Of a DNA stretch of 64,000 nt, positions 7,764 through 17,293 are shown in pieces (the first letter of the stretch is position 1; each line of letters starts with the position of its first letter). Source of the DNA: Candidatus Beckwithbacteria bacterium GW2011_GWC1_49_16 (GTDB lineage: Bacteria > Patescibacteriota > Microgenomatia > UBA1400 > CG1-02-47-37); contig CP011210.1 of the NCBI GenBank assembly GCA_001029675.1, positions 192,193 to 256,192 of the forward strand, in the 5' to 3' direction. The translations under genes were made by a program, and so were the position numbers. The notes beneath the pieces were generated by a model, which ran no database searches, was not told where the DNA came from, and saw only the letters and a program-made list of their open reading frames with translations.

Positions 7764-10310
7764 ATGAGTTTTGACCATAATAAAATCGAAGCCAAGTGGC
7801 GGAAGAAATGGCGGGAGTCTGGGCTATATAAGGTAGACCTTAAAGGCGCCAAAAAGCCCTTTTATAACTTAATGATGTTTCCATATCCTAGCGCCGAAGG
7901 GCTTCATGTGGGTAACATGTACGCTTTCACCGGGGCGGATTTTTACGGCCGGTTCCAGGCGATGCGGGGGCAAGAGGTGTTTGAGCCGATTGGGCTTGAC
8001 GGTTTTGGGATTCACAGCGAAAACTACGCCATCAAGATCGGCGCCCACCCGTCGCAGCAAGCCAAGGTGAGTCAGAAGCGCTTTTACGACCAACTATCCC
8101 GCATCGGTAACCGCTTTTCCTGGGAACAGCGTTTGGAGACTTACGATCCCGAGTACTACAAATGGACCCAGTGGCTGTTTATCAAGATGTTTGAGAAAGG
8201 GTTGGCGGTCAGGAAAAAATCGATGGTCAACTGGTGCCCGAGCTGTAAAACGGTTCTGGCCGACGAGCAGGTCGAGGGCGGGGTGTGTGAGCGGTGTAAG
8301 ACGCCGACGGTGAGAAAAGAGACCTATCAGTGGTTTTTCAAGATTACCGACTATGCCGACAGACTGCTTGGTAACATCGACAAGATCGACTGGCCGCAAA
8401 AGATTAAGACCGCCCAAAGGAATTGGATTGGTCGCAAAGAAGGCATTAACATCACTTACGAAATTAAAGGCAGCAAAAAAACAGTCACTTGTTTTACAAC
8501 CACGCCGGTGAATTTTGGCGCCACTTTTATTGTTATTGCTCCTGAACATGTGTTAGTAAAAGAAAGTAAGAACAAAAAAATCCAAGAATATGTCACTAAG
8601 GCACTGAAAAAAACTGAACAGCAGCGACAAATGGAAGGAAAAGAGAAAACCGGCGTTTTCACCGGGCTTTATGCTGTTAATCATGTCACCAAAAAAGAAA
8701 TTCCCATTTGGGTGGCAGATTTTGTCTTAAAAGACGTTGGCACTGGGGCGGTTCAGGGTTGCCCGGGGCATGATTTACGCGACTTTGAGTTTGCCAAGAA
8801 GTTTGGATTGCCGATTACACGGGTTGTGGTTGGTCCTGATGGGGACAGAAACGAAATTACCAGAAAGGAGCAAGTGATTCAGTCGGGAACGTCAGGAAAA
8901 ATGGTAAATTCAGACTTTTTGAACGGTATGGAGTTTAGTAAAGCAATGCAAAAAACCATGGATTACTTTGAAGAAAGGGGTTGGGGCGAAAGAGTGATTA
9001 GTTTTCACCTGCGCGATTGGCTCATATCCCGCCAACGCTACTGGGGGCCGCCGATACCGATGATTTTTTGTGATAAGTGCGAATGGCAGCCGGTGCCCGA
9101 GAAAGATTTGCCGGTGGAGTTGCCGTTCGTCAAAGACTATCAGCCTTTGGGCGAGGGTAAGGCGCCTTTGGAGAAAGCCCCGAAAGAGTGGCTTGAGGTC
9201 AAGTGCCCGAATTGCGGCGGGAAAGCCAGAAGAGAGACAGACGTCTCGGATACTTTTCTAGACTCAAGTTGGTATTTTTTACGTTATCCTTCGATTAAAT
9301 CCAATAAGGACAGTCTTCCCGGTACCGGAAAGACTGTCCTTAGGGAAAAACTGCCGTGGGATCAAGAGGTCACACGGCGCTGGCTGCCGGTCAACGCCTA
9401 CATTGGCGGCGCCGAGCACGCGGTGTTGCATCTTCTGTACTCGCGCTTTGTCTGGATGTGTTTAAGAGATTGGGGGTATTTGCCCAAAAGCCTGGGTGAC
9501 GAGCCGTTTCCGTTTTTGTATTCCCACGGCCTGTTAATCAAAGACGGTGCCAAGATGAGTAAAAGCCGCGGCAACGTGGTTATTCCTGACGAGTACATGG
9601 AAAAATTCGGCACCGACGCTTTGCGGATGTACTTGATGTTTATCGGCCCCTACGACCAGGGAGGGGATTTCCAAGATACGGGGATGATGGGGATGAGGAA
9701 GTTTTTGGATCGGGTGTGGCGGTTGGTGATTGCCATCCAGGACACTCCCGGAGTGAAAAATTCTGCCACTCCGGGAGTGTCTGAGGTGGGTCGCTTCCGG
9801 CATCAGACGGTAAAAAGAGTTACCCAGGCCATGGAAAACTTGCGCTACAACGTCGGTATCGCCGCTTTGATGGAGTATGTTAACTTCTTGGAATTTCACC
9901 TTAGATTACTCACTCCCGGAGTGAAAAATTCCTCCACTCCGGGAGTGGTTGTGGAAGCCGTCGAAACTTTAGTATTGCTGCTGGCGCCAATGGCACCGTT
10001 TATCAGCGAAGAGATGTGGCAGATGCTGCGCAAATCCGAAGCACGAAGCACGAAATTCGAATCCGTCCACCAGCAAGCTTGGCCGACTTTTGACGAAGAG
10101 AAAGCGCGCGCCGATAAAGTTGAAGTGGTGGTCCAGGTTAATGGCAAACTGCGCGCCCGGTTGAGCCTTGGTCGAGACGAAGCCCAAGACAAAGAGCAGG
10201 TGTTTAAGGCAGCCAAGTCAGAGGCGGCGGTCAAAAGATACCTTGAGAACAAAAAGCCGGTCAAGGAGATTTTTGTCAAGGGCAAGCTGGTTAACCTGGT
10301 GGTTAGATAA
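7764..10310 (+). CDS. leuS: Leucine--tRNA ligase
   Basis: MFPYPS..GLHVGN (HIGH-like), DWLISRQRYWG, KMSKSRGN and VVQVNGKLR motifs. Confidence 0.97.
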   Translation: MSFDHNKIEAKWRKKWRESGLYKVDLKGAKKPFYNLMMFPYPSAEGLHVGNMYAFTGADFYGRFQAMRGQEVFEPIGLDGFGIHSENYAIKIGAHPSQQAKVSQKRFYDQLSRIGNRFSWEQRLETYDPEYYKWTQWLFIKMFEKGLAVRKKSMVNWCPSCKTVLADEQVEGGVCERCKTPTVRKETYQWFFKITDYADRLLGNIDKIDWPQKIKTAQRNWIGRKEGINITYEIKGSKKTVTCFTTTPVNFGATFIVIAPEHVLVKESKNKKIQEYVTKALKKTEQQRQMEGKEKTGVFTGLYAVNHVTKKEIPIWVADFVLKDVGTGAVQGCPGHDLRDFEFAKKFGLPITRVVVGPDGDRNEITRKEQVIQSGTSGKMVNSDFLNGMEFSKAMQKTMDYFEERGWGERVISFHLRDWLISRQRYWGPPIPMIFCDKCEWQPVPEKDLPVELPFVKDYQPLGEGKAPLEKAPKEWLEVKCPNCGGKARRETDVSDTFLDSSWYFLRYPSIKSNKDSLPGTGKTVLREKLPWDQEVTRRWLPVNAYIGGAEHAVLHLLYSRFVWMCLRDWGYLPKSLGDEPFPFLYSHGLLIKDGAKMSKSRGNVVIPDEYMEKFGTDALRMYLMFIGPYDQGGDFQDTGMMGMRKFLDRVWRLVIAIQDTPGVKNSATPGVSEVGRFRHQTVKRVTQAMENLRYNVGIAALMEYVNFLEFHLRLLTPGVKNSSTPGVVVEAVETLVLLLAPMAPFISEEMWQMLRKSEARSTKFESVHQQAWPTFDEEKARADKVEVVVQVNGKLRARLSLGRDEAQDKEQVFKAAKSEAAVKRYLENKKPVKEIFVKGKLVNLVVR
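9743..9779. repeat. 37-bp double-palindrome element (CACWCCSGGWGTG-N11-inverted copy) inside leuS
   Basis: Encodes TPGVKNSATPGV. Further copies at 3121, 9911, 19226, 27037 and 46163. Confidence 0.9.
9911..9947. repeat. 37-bp double-palindrome element inside leuS
   Basis: Identical to 19226-19262. Confidence 0.9.
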
Positions 10311-11289
10311 ATTTGTCCAGGATGATATAGACGACCATGGCAAAGAAAGCCGAGGCGGGAATGGTTAAAAACCAAGCCAGAACGATTCTTCTGGCCGTGC
10401 CCCAGCTGACGGCACGATTGGCCCGGGTGGCGCCGACCCCCATGATCGAGCCGGAGATAGCGTGGGTGGTTGAAACCGGAAAACCCATAAAGCTTGAGGC
10501 AGCCAGCACTATGGCGCTGCCGGTTTCGGCGGCAAAACCCTGGTAGGGCCGCAGTTTGGTAATTTTTTTGGCCATGGTTTTGACGATCTTCCAGCCGCCG
10601 AGTAAAGTGCCCAAGGCAATAGTTAAGTTGACGCTGATAATCACCCAAAGGGGAACTTGAAAGTGAGTCAGAAAGCCTTGCTGGACCAAAAGAATGGTTA
10701 ATATCCCCATGACTTTCTGGCCGTCGTTTGAGCCGTGGGTGACGGAAAAGAAAAAGGAGGAGAAAATTTGTAACAGGCGAAAATAAGGGTTGATTTTGAC
10801 GGTAGAGAAACGGATAAACAAGCGGATAATCAGAGCGATAAACAGAAAAGTAAAGCTAAAAGAGATAACCGGCGAGGCGACCATGGGGATGATTACTTTG
10901 TTCCAAACGCCGATGAGGTTGACCGGCGACCAGCTTCTGGCAGCCGTGGCGCCGGCGCCGACCAGACCGCCGATCAAAACGTGGGATTCGGATATGGGCA
11001 AACCCCAGAACCAGGTGGCCACATCAAAAATCAAGCCGCCGATCAACGCCGCCAGGATGAGTTTGTAGCTGATGATGTTAGGGTCAATAATGCCTTGACC
11101 GATGGTGGCGGCCACAGCCGTGCCTAAAAGAACACCCATGAAGTTGCCCAACGCCGAGAGCATTACCGCTTGTCCGGGTTTTAAAACCCGGGTGGCGACG
11201 ATGGTGGCGATGGCGTTGGCCGCGTCAGAAAAGCCGTTCCAAAAAGCAAAAAAAAGACTCACCGCCAGGGTAAGAATAAACAACCCCAT
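10303..11289 (-). CDS. pit: Inorganic phosphate transporter (PiT family)
   Basis: NGFSDAANAIATIVATR, HGSNDGQK and PVSTTH motifs. The start at 11289 overlaps the upstream stop (TGATG). Confidence 0.92.
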   Translation of the reverse strand: MGLFILTLAVSLFFAFWNGFSDAANAIATIVATRVLKPGQAVMLSALGNFMGVLLGTAVAATIGQGIIDPNIISYKLILAALIGGLIFDVATWFWGLPISESHVLIGGLVGAGATAARSWSPVNLIGVWNKVIIPMVASPVISFSFTFLFIALIIRLFIRFSTVKINPYFRLLQIFSSFFFSVTHGSNDGQKVMGILTILLVQQGFLTHFQVPLWVIISVNLTIALGTLLGGWKIVKTMAKKITKLRPYQGFAAETGSAIVLAASSFMGFPVSTTHAISGSIMGVGATRANRAVSWGTARRIVLAWFLTIPASAFFAMVVYIILDKFI

Positions 11290-11915
11290 CAAAGGTTTTT
11301 CATGACAACTTTTTGAGTCAGGTTGCAAAACTCTTCGATTTTGTCAGTGAGTGTCTCCAGGATCTCAAAAACTTCTTTTTTCTGGATGAGGCTTTTTATA
11401 TTTTTCTCCCGCATCAGTTGTTCGAGGCAGTCTAAAAGCAGGTTGTCGGCCTGGTTTTCCAGGCGGTGGATTTTTCTGGCGTGGGAGCGCATCTCTTTCT
11501 GGCTCATTTGTCTGATTTTGCCCACCAGCTTTTGCGATTCCTGGATCATAGCGTTAATAATTTGGGTGAACTGTTTAATTTTTAAGTTTTGACCGTCGAG
11601 CTTGTAAATGTTGATTCTTCTGGCTGAGGCTTGAACCAGGTCAATCAGGTCGTCGGCGGAGATGATTAGGTTGCCCAGGTCTTCGTGGTCGACAGGGGTG
11701 ATAAAGGTCTGGTTTAACTTGTCAAAAACGTCGGTGATGATGTTGTCGGCCTGGCTTTCCAGGTTTTCGATGAGGCGAACGGTTTTAGGGGAGAAGGCGC
11801 CTTTTTGTAAAGAATGATGGAGGAGGGCGGAGGCTTTGACCACCAGGTTGATGTGCTCGTCCAAAAGCTCAAAAAAAACTTTGTCTTGGGGGATGAGCCA
11901 GTCTTTGAGTTTCAT
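11289..11915 (-). CDS. DUF47 / PhoU-like phosphate transport regulator
   Basis: LESQAD, TFITPVDHEDL and LENQAD motifs; adjacent to pit. Confidence 0.88.
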   Translation of the reverse strand: MKLKDWLIPQDKVFFELLDEHINLVVKASALLHHSLQKGAFSPKTVRLIENLESQADNIITDVFDKLNQTFITPVDHEDLGNLIISADDLIDLVQASARRINIYKLDGQNLKIKQFTQIINAMIQESQKLVGKIRQMSQKEMRSHARKIHRLENQADNLLLDCLEQLMREKNIKSLIQKKEVFEILETLTDKIEEFCNLTQKVVMKNL

Positions 11916-12001
11916 ATGGCAATAAAAAGCTGCCGCCGGCAGCCAAGTTAATTTATAGACGCAACTTGATCAGAAGTCAATCTTTGCCTAAAATTAAACT
12001 A

Positions 12002-12613
12002 ATGGAGTTGGAGAGGTTGGTTAAAGAAAAGCCTTATTTGGTGACGGTGGCTTTGGTGGGGGCACTACTCATCGGCGTGGGCGTTCTTTCGGCGGCAATG
12101 ATTGCGGGGAGAGCCAGTTCGAGTGAGATTGAGATAGTAAGAAGTGGTGAGGAGGCCTTCGACGATGCTCAGGATAAAGAGATTTTTGTCGATGTTTCCG
12201 GGGCGGTGATCAAGCCGGGGCTTTACCAATTGGCGGCAGACGCCAGGGTCAACGACGCTTTGGCGGCGGCGGGGGGTTTGGATGAGGCAGCCGACCGGGA
12301 GTGGTTTGCCAAAAACATCAACTTAGCCCAGAAAGTTGAAGACGGAGCCAAAATTTTTATCCCGACTATCAGTGAAACCAGCAGTGAAAACTTGGGAGTT
12401 GGCGGTGGCGCGGCGGGGGAGACAGTCACCGGCAAAGTCAACGTCAACACGGCAACTGCCGCCGAATTAGATTTGTTATGGGGCATCGGACCGGCCACGG
12501 CGGAGAAGATCATTGCCAACCGGCCTTATTCAAGCGTCGAAGAACTGTTGGACAAGAAAGTGTTGAAGAGCAATGTTTATGAAACCAATCGCGACAAACT
12601 TACGGTTTATTAA
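12002..12613 (+). CDS. comEA: Competence protein ComEA (SLBB + HhH)
   Basis: VDVSGAVIKPGLY, INLAQKVEDG and VNVNTATAAELD.L.GIGPATAEKII motifs. Confidence 0.92.
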   Translation: MELERLVKEKPYLVTVALVGALLIGVGVLSAAMIAGRASSSEIEIVRSGEEAFDDAQDKEIFVDVSGAVIKPGLYQLAADARVNDALAAAGGLDEAADREWFAKNINLAQKVEDGAKIFIPTISETSSENLGVGGGAAGETVTGKVNVNTATAAELDLLWGIGPATAEKIIANRPYSSVEELLDKKVLKSNVYETNRDKLTVY

Positions 12614-12638
12614 TAAGCTTCGGCTAAGCCTCTAGCCG

Positions 12639-13856
12639 ATGAGGGGCTTCAAGTGGTTTTTGATATGGTTTGTGGTTTTTTTAGTGAGATTCTGGTTTGA
12701 GGTTCAGGAGAAACAAAAGATAGCTAAGTTTGCCGGGGATGAAGTCAGGCTGACGGGAAGAATATCTTCTGTACCAATACTACAGGGTACCAGACAAAAC
12801 TTTGATTTAGGCCGGGTAAAGGTGGTGACCGAGCGCTTTCCGGAGTACCACTACGGCGATAGGCTAAGGCTTTCTGGCACTCTGGAGGAGAAGGTGTTAA
12901 CTCCAGGATACTCAAGGTTTAGCTTGGTGTATCCGAGCGTTTCCAAAATAGAGACTTATAGCACAAACTCTTGGGTTTTTAGGTTGAGAAGTAAGCTTGA
13001 AGGGATTTTTCGCCGGAACCTGCCGGAGCCTGAAGCTTCATTACTTTCCGGCATTGTTTTGGGGATTAAGTCGAGTTTGCCGTATGATTTCTGGCAAGCG
13101 TTAAGAAAGACGAGTACTTTACACATCGTGGTGGCTTCCGGCTACAACGTCACCGTGGTCATCGGCACGGTGATCAAGTATTTAGCCGGGTTAATCAAAC
13201 GAAGCTGGGCGGTGGGGTTAGGTGTGGCCGCGGTGGTGGTTTATACCCTGATGGCCGGGGGAGAGCCGGCGATTGTCCGGGCGGCGATCATGGGCAGTTT
13301 GGCTTATTTAGGCCAGGTTTTGGGTAGAAAAAGCGATGGAGTAAGGCTGCTTCTGGCAGCGGCGGGAGTGATGCTTTGGGTTGAGCCGAGCCTGGTTTAT
13401 GATGTCGGCTTCAGATTATCGGTGGCGGCTACCGCCGGGTTGTTGTTGATAGCCCCGCTTCTAGGCAAGGTGTTCGACCGGGTGGCACTCATTGGTAAAG
13501 ACTTATCCGAAACCACGGCGGCCCAGATTGCCGTCTGGCCGATACTTTTGACCACCTTTGGCCAGGTGAGTGCTTTTTCTATATTAATTAATGGTTTGAT
13601 ACTGTGGTTGGTGCCGATGATCATGGTTTTGGGGGCGGTGCTGGCAGGGGCGGGATTAGTTTTGGGGCCTTGGGCGGCTCCGATAGGCTGGCTTGCTTAT
13701 GGCCCGCTACACTTGATGGTGGGGGTGATTTCCTGGTTTGGCGGCTTGTCTTTTGTCAGTTGGACCGTGGATCTTAAAGCCTCGGTTATCGGCAGTTTCA
13801 CTTGGGTTTTTTTGTACTATCTGGTTTTGGGGGTGGTGATCTGGCGAAAAAGATAA
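12639..13856 (+). CDS. comEC: ComEC competence domain membrane protein
   Basis: HIVVASGYNV, RAAIMG and DVGFRLS motifs. Confidence 0.9.
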   Translation: MRGFKWFLIWFVVFLVRFWFEVQEKQKIAKFAGDEVRLTGRISSVPILQGTRQNFDLGRVKVVTERFPEYHYGDRLRLSGTLEEKVLTPGYSRFSLVYPSVSKIETYSTNSWVFRLRSKLEGIFRRNLPEPEASLLSGIVLGIKSSLPYDFWQALRKTSTLHIVVASGYNVTVVIGTVIKYLAGLIKRSWAVGLGVAAVVVYTLMAGGEPAIVRAAIMGSLAYLGQVLGRKSDGVRLLLAAAGVMLWVEPSLVYDVGFRLSVAATAGLLLIAPLLGKVFDRVALIGKDLSETTAAQIAVWPILLTTFGQVSAFSILINGLILWLVPMIMVLGAVLAGAGLVLGPWAAPIGWLAYGPLHLMVGVISWFGGLSFVSWTVDLKASVIGSFTWVFLYYLVLGVVIWRKR

Positions 13857-14713
13857 ACCTAATTTTGTTTCTTTTAGTGTTGCTGGTGGGGTTGACCATC
13901 CGGCAGCTGCCGGACGATAAGCTTCATCTTATTTTTTGCGACGTCGGCCAGGGTGATGCGACGTTGATTTCTTACAAAAACTGGCAAATGCTGGTTGACG
14001 GCGGGCCGGGGGACGCGGTGGTTTCTTGTTTGGGAGAACACATGTCTTTTTGGGATAGGAAAGTGGAAGTTTTAGCCGTGACTCACCCCCAAGCAGACCA
14101 CATTATCGGTTTAGTTGAAGTGGTTAGGCGCTACCGGGTAGAAAAGGTAATTGCCGGAAGCTATCTAAACGACACGGCCGAGTTCAGGGCCTTTTACGAG
14201 GCGGTGACGGCCAAGAATTTGCCGGTATTCTCGCCGGTGCAAGGAGATAAATTTCGCCTGGGGCAAGTGGATTTGGCCGTGTTATGGCCAAGGCAGCAAA
14301 CCGGTGACCTGGCTTGGAACGGGCAGGGTCACGAGCTGGTCTTGGGGGCAGAGTATCAAGGCGAGATCAACGAAACCTCGTTTGTATTAAAAGGGACTTT
14401 CAGCGGGTTTGACTTTTTGTTGACCGGCGACATCGGTGAGGCGACGGAGCGACGGCTGGTGGACAAAGTGGGGCAAGTAGAGGTGTTGAAAGTGGCCCAC
14501 CATGGCAGCAAGTATTCATCAAGCGGGCAGTTTTTGGAGGAAGTCAGGCCGGAAGTGGCGGTAATATCAGCCGGACAAAACAACCGCTTTGGTCACCCGA
14601 CGGCAGAAACTTTGTCCCGGCTTGAAGCGGTGGGGGCCAAGGTGTTTCGCACCGACGAGATGGAAACGATTGAAATAGTCAGCGATGGGCAAAAATATTG
14701 GTTTGTGTTATAG
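13802..14713 (+). CDS. ComEC-type metallo-beta-lactamase domain protein (split comEC C-terminus)
   Basis: CDVGQGD, THPQADHI.G, LLTGD, LKVAHHGSK and NRFGHP motifs. True start uncertain. Confidence 0.88.
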   Translation: MGFFVLSGFGGGDLAKKINLILFLLVLLVGLTIRQLPDDKLHLIFCDVGQGDATLISYKNWQMLVDGGPGDAVVSCLGEHMSFWDRKVEVLAVTHPQADHIIGLVEVVRRYRVEKVIAGSYLNDTAEFRAFYEAVTAKNLPVFSPVQGDKFRLGQVDLAVLWPRQQTGDLAWNGQGHELVLGAEYQGEINETSFVLKGTFSGFDFLLTGDIGEATERRLVDKVGQVEVLKVAHHGSKYSSSGQFLEEVRPEVAVISAGQNNRFGHPTAETLSRLEAVGAKVFRTDEMETIEIVSDGQKYWFVL

Positions 14714-14753
14714 TAACAGGGAGAATATTTAGTCAACGAGTGTGGAGATAAAA

Positions 14754-15515
14754 ATGGCTTTAAGAATCAGAGACCGGATCCTTTTGGGCCTGGCGGTGGG
14801 GGGAGAGATTTTGGACGCAATTGAGTCCGGTTCCCGGGCGTACCCGACCGAAAAGCTTTACACCTTCACGCCGCCGGGTTACTCAAAAAGGAAGTACCGC
14901 CACTTGGTAGGTAGGCTCGCGCGGGAAGATTTAATCAAAAGAGTGGTAATAAACGGTGGAGTACATTTTCGGATCGGCGATGCCGGAAGAAATCGGCTTA
15001 CCAGCTTGCGGCCGGCATTAAAACTTAAAAACAAACCTTGGGATGGGTTTTGGCGCTTGGTGGTGTTTGACGTGCCGGAAAGAGACAGGCGGAAAAGGGA
15101 TTTGTTGAGAAGAAAACTCAAGTTAATGGGTTTTGGGGCGTTGATGTACAGTACTTATATATCCCCTTACGACCAAGAAGAGAGTTTAGTGGAGTTTTTT
15201 AAACTCAATAAAATTCCCGACGTGCTGCTTTTGGAAGCCAAACAAAAAAACTTAGGGGAGCCCAAGAAGTTGGCCGAAAAAGCTTGGAATTTGAGTGGGA
15301 TTGCCAAAAGGTACTTAGCCGTTGCCGAACAGCTGACTACCAGGTTTGGCATAGGAAGCGTTCAAAAACGCGAGGACTTTTTGAAAAAGGTCTATGGCGA
15401 GTACCTCAAAGTTTTAACCGCCGACCCGTTTTTACCCAGAGACCTTTTACCCGATTCCTGGCCGGCGGAGAAAGTTAGAAAGATAGTTCTGGCCGCAGGG
15501 GTGGTGAAGGAGTAG
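14754..15515 (+). CDS. PaaX-like transcriptional regulator
   Basis: WDGFWRLVVFDVPE and DPFLPRDLLPDSWP motifs. Confidence 0.8.
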   Translation: MALRIRDRILLGLAVGGEILDAIESGSRAYPTEKLYTFTPPGYSKRKYRHLVGRLAREDLIKRVVINGGVHFRIGDAGRNRLTSLRPALKLKNKPWDGFWRLVVFDVPERDRRKRDLLRRKLKLMGFGALMYSTYISPYDQEESLVEFFKLNKIPDVLLLEAKQKNLGEPKKLAEKAWNLSGIAKRYLAVAEQLTTRFGIGSVQKREDFLKKVYGEYLKVLTADPFLPRDLLPDSWPAEKVRKIVLAAGVVKE

Positions 15516-15530
15516 GTTTGAGGGTAGAAT

Positions 15531-17288
15531 ATGGTGATGAATCTTGAAGGGAAGATAAAAACAGCGATTGATAAAGTCTTGAAAGATTTTGGCGTTCCCG
15601 GAGGTGAATTTAAAGTGGAGCACCCCGAAAACGAGGCGCATGGGGATTATTCGGCCAACGTGGCTCTAGTTGCTGGAGGTGGGCGAGACTTAGCCGAGAA
15701 GATCACGGAGAAATTGAGAGCGGATAAAGGGTTGGAGGAAATTGCTTCGAAAATTAAGGTCGCAGGAGCCGGTTTTATTAATATATCAATCAAAACTGAC
15801 CATCTTATCACTCAAGCTGTTGAACTGCTAAAAGAAGGCTATATGGGGGGTAAAAGCACACGCCGCCAAGGCTTTGTGGGGCAAAGGATCATGGTCGAGT
15901 TTACTGACCCCAACCCTTTCAAGGAGTTTCATATCGGGCATCTTTACTCCAACATTGTCGGTGAGTCTTTGTGCCGGCTGCTTGAGGTGGAGGGAGCAGA
16001 GGTAAAGCGAGTTAATTATCAGGGCGATGTCGGTTTACATGTCGCCAAAGCCATTTGGGGCATGAAGCAGATGATCCAAAAAGATATAGATTTAAATAGT
16101 TTGAGTAAGAAATCTTTGCCTGAAAGGCAAAAGTTTATGGGTCAGGCTTACGCCATGGGGGCGACTGCCTACGAGGAAGACAAAAAGGCTAAAGAGGAGA
16201 TAGAGGTTTTAAATAAAAAGATTTACGAGCTTGATGATGACGTCAGGCAGTTATACGAGAAAGGTAGAGGTTGGAGCTTGGAGTATTTTGAGACGATTTA
16301 TAAGCGCTTGGGAACTAAGTTTGACGACTATTTTTTTGAAAGAGAAGTGGGTCAGGTGGGTTTAAAATTGGTTAAGGAGTTTTTGAAAAAAGGTGTCTTT
16401 GAAGAAAGCCAGGGGGCGGTGGTGTTTCCCGGAGAAAAGTATGGCCTTCATACCCGGGTGTTTGTCAATAAGCTAGGCCTGCCGACTTATGAAGCTAAGG
16501 ATTTGGGTCTGGCGCCGACCAAATACGGACGCTACCAATACGACCAATCGATTATCGTCACCGCCAACGAGATCGATGAGTACTTCAAGGTGGTAATTGC
16601 CGCTTTGAAAAAGATAAATCCTAAGCTGGGGAAGAAAACCCGCCACGTGTCGCACGGGATGGTCAAGCTGCCGGAGGGAAAGATGAGCTCGAGAACCGGC
16701 AAGATCGTCACCGGCGAGTGGCTGCTTGATGAAGCCCGCGCCAGAGCTTTGAAAATTATGGCGGAGGCAGAGATTAGTGAAGAGGAGAAAGAAATAATCG
16801 CCGAGCAGGTGGGCCAAGCGGCGGTCAAGTACGCGTTACTCAAAACCGGCATTGGCCAGGACGTGGTGTTTAACTTTGGCACCTCGGTATCGTTTGAGGG
16901 CAACTCCGGGCCGTATCTTCAATATACTTACGCCAGAGCGCAGAGCGTCTTGGCAAAATCCGAAACTCGAAGCACGAAGCACGAAAAAATTTCGGATTTC
17001 GGATTTCGGATTTCGGATTTAGCACCAGAGGAACTCGCAGTGCTGCGCTGGCTTTACCGCTACGGGGAAGTGGTGGATGAGGCGGCGGCGGAGTTGTCAC
17101 CCAACCTGGTAGCCAACTTCCTTTTCGAGCTAGCCCAGCGTTTCAACAGTTTTTACAATAAAATGCCGATTTTGAAAGCCAAAGACGAAAAGATTAAGAG
17201 TTTGCGTTTGCTACTGACGGCGGCGACGGCAGAGGTGGTTAAACGAGGTTTGTATCTTTTGGGGATTCAGTCCCCGGAGAAGATGTAG
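15531..17288 (+). CDS. argS: Arginine--tRNA ligase
   Basis: HGDYS.N, EFTDPNPFKEFHIGH, KMSSRTG and GPYLQYTYAR motifs. Confidence 0.97.
   Translation: MVMNLEGKIKTAIDKVLKDFGVPGGEFKVEHPENEAHGDYSANVALVAGGGRDLAEKITEKLRADKGLEEIASKIKVAGAGFINISIKTDHLITQAVELLKEGYMGGKSTRRQGFVGQRIMVEFTDPNPFKEFHIGHLYSNIVGESLCRLLEVEGAEVKRVNYQGDVGLHVAKAIWGMKQMIQKDIDLNSLSKKSLPERQKFMGQAYAMGATAYEEDKKAKEEIEVLNKKIYELDDDVRQLYEKGRGWSLEYFETIYKRLGTKFDDYFFEREVGQVGLKLVKEFLKKGVFEESQGAVVFPGEKYGLHTRVFVNKLGLPTYEAKDLGLAPTKYGRYQYDQSIIVTANEIDEYFKVVIAALKKINPKLGKKTRHVSHGMVKLPEGKMSSRTGKIVTGEWLLDEARARALKIMAEAEISEEEKEIIAEQVGQAAVKYALLKTGIGQDVVFNFGTSVSFEGNSGPYLQYTYARAQSVLAKSETRSTKHEKISDFGFRISDLAPEELAVLRWLYRYGEVVDEAAAELSPNLVANFLFELAQRFNSFYNKMPILKAKDEKIKSLRLLLTAATAEVVKRGLYLLGIQSPEKM
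16956..17020. repeat. Inverted pair of heptamer tandem arrays inside argS
   Basis: aaatccg-aaactcg-aagcacg-aagcacg followed by (atttcgg)x4; encodes KSETRSTKHEKISDFGFRISD. Confidence 0.85.
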
Positions 17289-17293
17289 TGCCC

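Noticed and set aside
9743-9947. Two 37-bp repeats in leuS as a mini CRISPR array
   Set aside because: They are 131 nt apart, lie inside an intact essential ORF, and belong to a dispersed family.
9896-10648. 250-aa minus-strand ORF overlapping leuS and pit
   Set aside because: It is a shadow frame of two well-supported genes and has no motif.
12639-14713. Split comEC as a frameshifted pseudogene
   Set aside because: Both parts keep their motifs and the second has its own N-terminal TM; two-gene ComEC arrangements are common.
14754-15515. Cas2-like segment (LVVFDVPE) suggesting a CRISPR locus
   Set aside because: It is the central domain of a PaaX-like regulator. No other cas genes and no repeat-spacer array are visible in the window.
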